In this document: positions 15,867-23,132 of the stretch, piece after piece
Layout: the number at the start of each line of letters is the position of its first letter
Position numbering within the stretch: the stretch's first letter is position 1
Source: Sulfolobales archaeon
Lineage (GTDB): Archaea > Thermoproteota > Thermoprotei_A > Sulfolobales > NBVN01
Direction of reading: 5' to 3'
Assembly (NCBI GenBank): GCA_038841535.1
Contig: JAWBTQ010000019.1
Location: 1 to 23,132, forward strand
DNA: 23,132 nucleotides
Position numbers and translations under genes: made by a program
The notes under the pieces: model-generated
Seen by the model: only the letters and a program-made list of their open reading frames with translations
Database searches by the model: none
Told to the model about the DNA's origin: nothing

Positions 15867-17036
15867 CTATATGCTTATCCGCTGGTTAAACTGGTCTTTT
15901 CTACTTGTATGCCTCCCGGATAGGTACTTCTCTATAGCCATGAGGAAGTCGCTCATGTTAACAGTCTCAGCCCCGCGTCTAATGGCATTGTAGCCTGCTT
16001 CAGTACAGATAGTCTTTATATCTGCTCCACAAAGTCCCTCAGATAGCTTTGCCAGCCTCCAGAGATCTACGTCACTTGCTAGAGCCATTTTAGACGTGTG
16101 TATCTTGAATATCTCGTACCTCCCTGTTACGTCAGGGGGAGGCACCTCTATTAGCCTATCGAACCTACCCGGCCTAAGGAGAGCTGGGTCTACGATATCA
16201 ACTCTATTAGTAGCCGCCATGATCTTTACTCTATCTAGAGGGTCGAAGCCATCGATCTCTACAAGGAGTTGTGAGAGTGTTCGATGTATTTCCCTCTCAC
16301 CAGACGTTCCTACGTCAACCCTTTTTGCTCCAATAGCGTCTAACTCGTCGATAAACACTATCGCTGGAGCTTTGCGTCTAGCTAGCTTAAACACTTCTCT
16401 CACTACTCTAGCCCCCTCCCCGACGAACTTCTGAGCAAGCTCTGATGCTGCTAACCTAATAAAAGTGGCTCTGACTTCACCAGCTACTGCTTTAGCCAAG
16501 AGGGTCTTACCGCAGCCTGGGGGTCCATAGAGTAACACACCCTTGGGAGGCTCTATACCTAGCCTAGAGAAAAGCTCGGGTGATTTAAGTGGAAGCTCCA
16601 CGACTTCTCTAAGCTCTCTAACCTGGTCATGGAGCCCACCAACATCCTTAAACGTGGTCTTAGGTCTTTCATCTATCTCCATGGCCTTCACATAGTAGTC
16701 TTCAACTATCGGAAGAACCTCGACTATAGCTGACCCTCGCTGGTTTAGTGCTACATGAATGCCCGGCTTAAGCTTTGAAGTATCGACGAAACCACTTACA
16801 TTGACAACTAGGGTAGGCCCAGTACTACTCCTAACAACTGCTCTTCCGTCTTCTAGAAGCTCTAGTAGAACTGCTTCTACGAGAGGAGAAGCCATGAGCT
16901 TATCTATTTCTCCCTTGTAGTAGTTGAGCTCTCTCCTCAGGAACTCGACTTCGGCCTCGAGCTGGTGTACTCTCTCTTCCAAGTACTTAGCGTACTCGAA
17001 GATGTTGCTCTTCCTATCGCTGCTTATGTAGCTCAA
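15867..17036 (-). CDS. pan: Proteasome-activating nucleotidase
   Basis: N-terminal coiled coil, OB domain (VRSSTGP), [14 protein letters not shown] pore loop, [25 protein letters not shown]. Confidence 0.95.
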   Translation of the reverse strand: MSYISSDRKSNIFEYAKYLEERVHQLEAEVEFLRRELNYYKGEIDKLMASPLVEAVLLELLEDGRAVVRSSTGPTLVVNVSGFVDTSKLKPGIHVALNQRGSAIVEVLPIVEDYYVKAMEIDERPKTTFKDVGGLHDQVRELREVVELPLKSPELFSRLGIEPPKGVLLYGPPGCGKTLLAKAVAGEVRATFIRLAASELAQKFVGEGARVVREVFKLARRKAPAIVFIDELDAIGAKRVDVGTSGEREIHRTLSQLLVEIDGFDPLDRVKIMAATNRVDIVDPALLRPGRFDRLIEVPPPDVTGRYEIFKIHTSKMALASDVDLWRLAKLSEGLCGADIKTICTEAGYNAIRRGAETVNMSDFLMAIEKYLSGRHTSRKDQFNQRISI

Positions 17037-17155
17037 GTACTTTACACCATGTGAGTACTAGCTACAGAACTTATTTATAAAGATGGAGTTACTGAAGACA
17101 TAAAGTTAAGTCCGATATATAGTCCCTGGTGGGAGCGGGGGAGTTAGGTAAGGAG

Positions 17156-17779
17156 CTACCTCCCACCGTAGATTTCGGAGCATAAGTCCCTATCTAATTC
17201 CTTAGACTGAGGCCACCTAGCATATAGCGCATGGTCTATCACTCCCGCAGCGTCCAGTATCTTACCGACTACGAAGTCTATAACGTCACGCACTGTGCTA
17301 GGCTTAGTGTAGAAGCCTACTACTGCTGGAACTATAACTACACCCGCTTTTGCGGCCGTGTAGAGAGACTTGAGCTCTACTGTTCCCAGGGGCGACTCCC
17401 TCACGACGGCTATGACCCTCTTACCAAGCCTTAAGGCGTTTGCTGCCACTCTAGTAACTAAGTTGTCCGTAAAGCCGTAAGCTATAGTCGAAATAGTTCT
17501 AATGGTTGCTGGGACGATAGCTACCCAATCTACGTAAACAGTGTAACTAGAGCTTGACAGAGGTGCGTCGAGTTCGTCCTCCCAGTAAACTTCTCTAGCA
17601 CCTAGTTCATGGACTTTAGAGATAAAGAACTCGGGAGAGACGCACTCGCCTTCAGCAACCTTCATGGAAGCTCTCGACATTACTACATCAACGCGGTAGT
17701 TCATTGAGCTCAGTACCTCAATCAACCTAAGTGACAAGATTAGCCCACTACTGCCGGTAACTCCAACTACTACGTACAT
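17156..17779 (-). CDS. ubiX: Flavin prenyltransferase UbiX
   Basis: VGVTGSSG, DNLVTRVA, RESPL, GFYTKP, DFVVGKILD, RW. Confidence 0.9.
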   Translation of the reverse strand: MYVVVGVTGSSGLILSLRLIEVLSSMNYRVDVVMSRASMKVAEGECVSPEFFISKVHELGAREVYWEDELDAPLSSSSYTVYVDWVAIVPATIRTISTIAYGFTDNLVTRVAANALRLGKRVIAVVRESPLGTVELKSLYTAAKAGVVIVPAVVGFYTKPSTVRDVIDFVVGKILDAAGVIDHALYARWPQSKELDRDLCSEIYGGR

Positions 17780-17878
17780 AAGCGAGCACCCTGAATGCTT
17801 CCTACAACAAGCTTAGAGTACCTTATTAAGTACGGTAGAGCCCGCGTCTTCCAGGTCCTTAAAGAGCCGAGGAGGTAC

Positions 17879-18592
17879 TCAAAGAGATATGACGATATGT
17901 GTGAGTGAGACCAGGATTGCCGGCACTAGCACGACAGGGTCTTTACGGCTTACTAGCCTAGGTCTAGGGGAGGGAGGGAGACCGTGCATGTATAGGGCTT
18001 CAGCCATATGCCTACTATTAATGATAGAGTCTACTATGAGTGGCTTAATTAGCGAAGAAACATTCTTTTTACCTAGCTTGAGCTTTGCGACCACGTAAGC
18101 CTCGGAAAAGCTTATGAAGGTTGTTGGAAGCAGCGCCATAGCTACTGCGAACATTTCAGAGTAGCGCTTCAAACCCATCTTCAATAGTAAGTACCTGATC
18201 TCACCGACTGTAAGAAGCTGGAAGAAAAGTGTGAGAGCTAGCACTATAGTAGCTACTCGAAGAGCTCTAAAAGCCATTGTGACAGGATTCGCAGGGTCTG
18301 ACCCCAACAGTAATGAGATTAGGTTTAATGCGAAGCCTAAAGCTATAATCACGCCCACGAGCCTGAACATGCCTAGAAGCCTCCTATAACCTGCGAGGTA
18401 AGCAACGACAGCGATCTCGTAAGCTAGTGCTAGCAGTGTCTGCACTGCCGAGATCTCAAACCAGGGCGCTACGTAAGGCAACGATAGAGATAAAACGAAT
18501 AAAGCTGGAACAAGCACTTTGGCAGCCAACCCAAGTTCTTCTGCTTTTTCAGACACCGTGAACGCATATGCGAAGTCTCTCAATAGCGACAT
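17879..18592 (-). CDS. ECF transporter T component
   Basis: Multi-TM protein with MAEALYMHG resembling the AxAMxxRG motif; TAATG coupling to the upstream ATPase. Confidence 0.75.
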   Translation of the reverse strand: MSLLRDFAYAFTVSEKAEELGLAAKVLVPALFVLSLSLPYVAPWFEISAVQTLLALAYEIAVVAYLAGYRRLLGMFRLVGVIIALGFALNLISLLLGSDPANPVTMAFRALRVATIVLALTLFFQLLTVGEIRYLLLKMGLKRYSEMFAVAMALLPTTFISFSEAYVVAKLKLGKKNVSSLIKPLIVDSIINSRHMAEALYMHGLPPSPRPRLVSRKDPVVLVPAILVSLTHIVISL

Positions 18593-20088
18593 TAGGGTGC
18601 ACCAGAAATACCGAGTTCTTTACACTTTTCGGCGGCCTCAAATACGTCAGAAATCACCTCCTGTTTAGCTGTCACTAAATATCCGTCTCTCAGCTCGAAA
18701 ACCCGGGCTCTCGGTATTATGGAAACAGTCTCTTTATTACTTAGCGTTATCACTTTTGGAACCTCTATTCTCGCTAGAAGCTTAGCTAGCGCGAGTCGGT
18801 CTGCGTAAGTTAACCCAGTGAATGGTTCGTCTAAGAGGAGAACTTGCTTACCTCCTACGGATAGAGCTATCGAGACGGCCGTCCTCATAGCTTGACCCCA
18901 AGAAAGGTTGAAAGGCGATGTACCGACATCTAGGTTGACCCCCAAGTTCCTCATATTCCTGATCCCTCTCTCTACGCAGTCTTCCCCACTTCTATGCTGA
19001 GAGCAAGCAACCTGAAGCTCTTTGATTAAACTATCTTCCGTAAAGAATAAGTAAATGTTCTGCGGCAGATATACGGCCCTTACTCCGGGAGACCTCTGAA
19101 CCCTCCCTCTCATAGGAGCTAGGTAACCAGCTAAGACCTTGAGCAGAGTAGATTTGCCACTTCCGTTGCGACCATATATGACTATGGCGCCACTTAAGCC
19201 ATCTACGTCGAGGCTTACTCCTTTGAGAACCCAGTTGTTATCTCTCTCATACTTAAACCAAACATTCATAGCTCTAAATGAAGTTTCCTTACGTTCAATT
19301 CTTTCAGCATCTTCTCTATCGCTACCTAAACCCACATTCGAGAGAAAAGCTGAAGGAGCTCTCCTAGGGTATTTCAGTTGTCCGTGGTCTAGTGGAGCCA
19401 GTGTCCCGTTCTTAAGTAAGTATATCCTGCTAGTAAGGTCTAGCAAGCTCAGAAACCTATGTTCGAACACGATGACCGCCTTTCCCAAGGATTTCAACGT
19501 AACAATCACTTCCCGGACTTCCTCAAGACCTTCGTCATCCAGCCACATTAGGGGTTCATCCATCACTACCACCAGTGGGTCCCAGAGCATGGCCTTAGCT
19601 ATTGCTGCTCTCCTTAGTTGGCCTCCGGACAGCTCAAAAAACTTTCTCTTTAGCAGGTCATCCAGCTTAAATATGCTTACGACTTTCTTAAACAACCTCT
19701 CACCCTTGGCAAAGCCGTGTATGGCGATAGAGCTATAGTAGAGGTCTGCCCTCACCGAGTGCTCAATAAAGTGAGTATACGCGTTTTGGTTAACAACCTG
19801 TATTAACCCTCTAAGTTCGTCTATGCTAAGCTCGCTTAGGCTTCTTCCACAGATCATTATGGTGCCTCTTGCTTCGCCTCCGTAGATAAGCTCACCTATA
19901 CCGGTTATTGAGCGAAGGAGGGTTGTCTTACCCGAGCCGCTCGCCCCTATTATGAGGACGACTTCCCCAAGATCTGCGACTAGGTTAACTCCACGTAAAA
20001 CCCAGTCTGGTGAGGATGGATAGCGAAACCAGAGGTCTTTCGCTATTAGAACACTCGTCTTTATAGGCTTAACAGCGGTTTGAGGCAA
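18592..20088 (-). CDS. ECF/ABC ATPase with two fused nucleotide-binding domains
   Basis: GASGSGKT/LSGGQ/MDEP/EH and GRNGSGKS/LSWGQ/LLDEP. TTG at 20088 is preferred over 20139, which overlaps the S gene. Confidence 0.9.
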   Translation of the reverse strand: MPQTAVKPIKTSVLIAKDLWFRYPSSPDWVLRGVNLVADLGEVVLIIGASGSGKTTLLRSITGIGELIYGGEARGTIMICGRSLSELSIDELRGLIQVVNQNAYTHFIEHSVRADLYYSSIAIHGFAKGERLFKKVVSIFKLDDLLKRKFFELSGGQLRRAAIAKAMLWDPLVVVMDEPLMWLDDEGLEEVREVIVTLKSLGKAVIVFEHRFLSLLDLTSRIYLLKNGTLAPLDHGQLKYPRRAPSAFLSNVGLGSDREDAERIERKETSFRAMNVWFKYERDNNWVLKGVSLDVDGLSGAIVIYGRNGSGKSTLLKVLAGYLAPMRGRVQRSPGVRAVYLPQNIYLFFTEDSLIKELQVACSQHRSGEDCVERGIRNMRNLGVNLDVGTSPFNLSWGQAMRTAVSIALSVGGKQVLLLDEPFTGLTYADRLALAKLLARIEVPKVITLSNKETVSIIPRARVFELRDGYLVTAKQEVISDVFEAAEKCKELGISGAP

Positions 20089-20113
20089 TTTAGAGCCCTT
20101 AGTGCTGATACAA

Positions 20114-20728
20114 CTACACTGTCTTCCGCATCTCGGCACCTAATGCTTTAGACACTACTCTAGAGACCTCTAGGGCTAAGACACCCACATAGCTAGCTGC
20201 TACTAGGTTAAAGACGGCGATATGTGGAATTAGGGCTATAGTTGCCGTGTACGCCTTCTCGAAAGTCCAGCCGTATGCCATTACCATCCAGTGTGGTGCT
20301 ATTAAGTAGTTTAATAAAGACATTGTGGTCACTCTTCCCAGTATCCCGAAAGCTATGACTAGCGGGTACATCCTTCTACACTCTCTCCTTAAGCAGAATT
20401 GCCTGTAGCTAAGAGCTATAGGTATTAGTGTCGATAGTTCAGCTGTCACCTTCATTCCAGCACCTATGAAGTCCGCCCCAAGCACCTGAAGTCCAACGTA
20501 GACAACGGGCTGGACAGCTAGTAGAGCCCTCAGCGAATAGAGTGCTAAAACCGCAAGCGGGATCCCCATTCCGTCGAACTTAAGGAATGGTGCTGGCGGA
20601 TATGGAAACTTAAAAAGAAACAGCACGAGCGAGAGAGCCGTTAAAGCAGCACTTGTAGTGAGTCTTAGGAGGCTCCCTAACCCCACCGACGGCCCAGATC
20701 TTTCAGTGCTCATTTCAGGCTCCATCAT
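20114..20728 (-). CDS. ECF transporter S component (RibU/PanT-like)
   Basis: About 6 TM segments; FPYPPAPFLKFD, GR..TMSLLNY and IAVFNL; in an operon with the A and T components. Confidence 0.82.
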   Translation of the reverse strand: MMEPEMSTERSGPSVGLGSLLRLTTSAALTALSLVLFLFKFPYPPAPFLKFDGMGIPLAVLALYSLRALLAVQPVVYVGLQVLGADFIGAGMKVTAELSTLIPIALSYRQFCLRRECRRMYPLVIAFGILGRVTTMSLLNYLIAPHWMVMAYGWTFEKAYTATIALIPHIAVFNLVAASYVGVLALEVSRVVSKALGAEMRKTV

Positions 20729-20829
20729 TTAAGTACCGGGGTCTGAAATTAAGCAAAACGGAAGCTCTTGCTCCCGTATCTGTGGGGGTTTATAAGCAGT
20801 TCTTCATCGAGACTTTGATCTGTGGGGCT

Positions 20830-21588
20830 CTAGTGAGTAACTTGAGAGACTAACCTCCGGAAGCTCTTTGTTACCTGCTCAGAAACCTCTTTGAGTTCCA
20901 TCGATTTAACTTCCGAGATCCTCTTTAGTAGTGCGTCAAGTAGCTCGGGACCCAAGGTTAGGCCCCTATAGCTGTATGGACCGTCTGATTCAGTGAGAAC
21001 GAACTCTATAGGAGTTCTCTCTAGTACAACCTCGTGCTTTTTCTGTATCAAGAGGGCTGGGTTTATCCCGATAAAGTAGCCTTCATCGATTACCTCTTGG
21101 ATTAGCTCAAGCGGGCCCGTGTACCAGTGGAAAACAGCTGCGGGTGCTCTGTACTTCTTCAGCAAGGTTAAAGCGTCTCTCCACGCCCCAGCAGCATGAA
21201 CACTCAAACCAAGACCGTAGTCTCGAGCGGTTTTCAGAAGCCCCTCGAATACTCTGACTTGCAGATCGAGTGTCTCGGGGTGAAAAGTTCTGTCAAGTCC
21301 TACTTCACCTAAAAACAGGAGATTGTTTTCAGTTACTAGCTTTTCGATGGACTCAAGGGCGTAACCCGTATCGAGCTGACTCACGTTCCAAGGGTGAACT
21401 CCTATAGCGGGAATAACGAACTCGCACTTCTTACTTATCTCTATAGTCATCGTACTAGAGGAGATATCATCCGAAACAGCGAGCATTAAGTATTTCCCAT
21501 CGCAATACTTCATCCAGTCCTCACCGTATTCGTGTAGGTGTATGTGGGAGTCTACTAGAGTATCCAGTGCAAGCCACCAAAATATCAA
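20830..21588 (-). CDS. tatD: TatD family nuclease
   Basis: DSHIH, IGVHP, GEVGLD, SVH, FHWY, TESDGP. Confidence 0.93.
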   Translation of the reverse strand: MIFWWLALDTLVDSHIHLHEYGEDWMKYCDGKYLMLAVSDDISSSTMTIEISKKCEFVIPAIGVHPWNVSQLDTGYALESIEKLVTENNLLFLGEVGLDRTFHPETLDLQVRVFEGLLKTARDYGLGLSVHAAGAWRDALTLLKKYRAPAAVFHWYTGPLELIQEVIDEGYFIGINPALLIQKKHEVVLERTPIEFVLTESDGPYSYRGLTLGPELLDALLKRISEVKSMELKEVSEQVTKSFRRLVSQVTH

Positions 21589-21759
21589 GACCCTCGAAAA
21601 ACATAATAGCTAAACCATGGGTGCAGCATTGGTTATGTGAGCAGGGTCCCACCTTTCTATACAATATAGGAATTCTTAACGAGTTTCAGCCTTACATGAG
21701 GTAGCAGTACTTAAATGTTACTTTAATTTGACTCTTTTGTATGCAGTCTAGGAGCTGAA

Positions 21760-22617
21760 ATGCTGGGGTACGTAGCGATCACTATAGCATCGGTGATGTG
21801 GAGTTTAAATCCGGCTGTAGTCTCAAGGTTTAAGGTGTTCATAAGGCCTGTTACCTATACTGCCATGCGAGCAGTAACAGCCTTATTGTTTCTAGCACCT
21901 ATGGTTACTCTAGGTGGCATCGACCTGCGGAATGATTCTACGCACGCTTTGGTAGTAATTGTGTTGTCCGCTATTATAGGACCCGGCTTAGGTGACGCTC
22001 TGTACACTAGGTCTATACAGCTTATCGGCGGCTCTCTTGCCGTTTTAATTAGCTATACGTATATTTTCGTTGCTCAAGCTGTAGCCACTATAACGATCGG
22101 GGAATCACTCAAGTATACTGTATTCATAGGCTCGACCATGGCGTTTACCGGTATAGCTGTAGCCGTACTAAAGAGTGAAGACACCATCAAGCTCGACCTC
22201 AGAGGTCTAGTTTATGCGGTAGCTGCGGCATTACTGTGGGGAATAGCGACAGTTATGATAAAGATGGCTCTCACATATGCGGATACCCTATCTCTAACGT
22301 TCGTCCGGCTTTTAGTGATAGCTACCACCTTTCTCCCAGTAGGGCTCGCAATAGAGGGCCCGCCCCCTAAGGCGCACTTACGCCCTTTACTTATAGCTTC
22401 ATCAATAACCGGCGTCCTTGGGTGGGGGGTCGGAATGTACCTTTTTGTTTACTCAATCCTAGCTATCGGGGTTTCTGCTACAGCAATAGCAACAGCTCTA
22501 ACTCCAGTTCTATCACAAATATCGACTAAACTCCTAGCTGGGGAGCACCCGGGATTAAGGCAAGTATTAGGAGCACTTCTTATCTCTATAGGAATCGTTC
22601 TCTCAATGCTTCAATAG
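21760..22617 (+). CDS. EamA/DMT family transporter
   Basis: 285 aa with about 10 TM segments and an internal two-fold repeat (IGE / AGE near the end of each half). Confidence 0.9.
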   Translation: MLGYVAITIASVMWSLNPAVVSRFKVFIRPVTYTAMRAVTALLFLAPMVTLGGIDLRNDSTHALVVIVLSAIIGPGLGDALYTRSIQLIGGSLAVLISYTYIFVAQAVATITIGESLKYTVFIGSTMAFTGIAVAVLKSEDTIKLDLRGLVYAVAAALLWGIATVMIKMALTYADTLSLTFVRLLVIATTFLPVGLAIEGPPPKAHLRPLLIASSITGVLGWGVGMYLFVYSILAIGVSATAIATALTPVLSQISTKLLAGEHPGLRQVLGALLISIGIVLSMLQ

Positions 22618-22840
22618 CATACAATGTTTCTAGGCCCAGCAGGTTCTCACCTGCGGACATCCCCCTACAGTGGAAATCGAGGACTTTAGTATAAGAGTCT
22701 AGCGCTTCCGAACAACTTGGTTTGTAAGTAATTTTAACTCGTGCTTCAAGCGATTGTGGTTCGTAGATCAGCACATACGCTAAGACTATCGTAGTACACA
22801 GGCGGTATTTTCAGTATAGAAGTTATTCGTATGTAAGCAC

Positions 22841-23132
22841 CATGAAAACAGAGAGGTTAAGCTAAGACTACTGACATCTACTGAGAGAATAGAGAAGTTT
22901 AGGGGTTGGAGTAACTACGAGATAGCTGTGAAGGTAGTTGAAGACAAGGTCTACGTAGCAGTATACTTCAGGAGAGCGGTTAAACCGAGGAGAACTAGAA
23001 CAATCATGACTATCGACGTTAACTTCGACAACGTTACACTAGCTGTTTTCGCACTAAGTGGGGAGTTGCTGAAGCTAAAGCGGTTCAAGACACCACTCAG
23101 AAAGATACTAACCCACAGGATATGGATCGAGA
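22841..23132 (+). pseudogene. tnpB: 5'-truncated second tnpB copy running off the window
   Basis: Frame 2 reads HENREVKLRLLTSTERIEKFRGWSNYE...MTIDVNFDNVTLAVF...HRIWIE and aligns to residue 130 onward of the first TnpB (32 mismatches in 283 nt by hand count, ~89%). In-frame TAG at 22817-22819. Not in the ORF track. Confidence 0.88.

Noticed and set aside
696-19738. Short antisense or nested ORFs in the track (e.g. 696-911, 1661-1864, 6926-7798, 9974-10303, 12904-13437, 16096-16434, 19139-19738)
   Set aside because: Shadow frames of well-supported genes, with no recognisable motifs.
22639-22654. GCAGGT-TCTC-ACCTGC hairpin as a possible IS end or terminator
   Set aside because: Only a 6-bp stem, with no counterpart at the first element.
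22586-22774. 62-aa minus-strand ORF
   Set aside because: Overlaps the DMT gene end and decayed tnpB-like sequence; no SD or motif.
1-23132. tRNA, rRNA or riboswitch genes
   Set aside because: None recognised by eye in the intergenic regions; a covariance search was not possible.

Overview
Hyperthermophilic archaeal chromosome window; gene content suggests Thermoprotei/Crenarchaeota (inference). Mostly housekeeping: aMBF1 3' end, hflX, ileS, GT2, acyl-CoA carboxyltransferase, a split di-myo-inositol-phosphate (DIP) pathway (ino1+IPCT, with DIPPS about 7 kb away), a pan-DUF2122-decarboxylase-like-GNAT run, ubiX, an ECF transporter, tatD and a DMT permease. Best candidate for an undescribed system: a ~1.48-kb transposase-less element (~1274-2751) carrying an intact-looking tnpB plus a divergent 47-aa ORF missing from the ORF track. 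It is bounded by imperfect 31-bp inverted ends and supplies the hflX stop codon. A degenerate copy of its end lies nearby, and a second, 5'-truncated tnpB sits at the window end. Also notable: an arginine/SAM-decarboxylase homolog lacking both the pyruvoyl-forming Ser and the catalytic Cys, a PAN without an HbYX tail, and several probable non-canonical start codons. All calls come from motif reading by eye; no searches were run.
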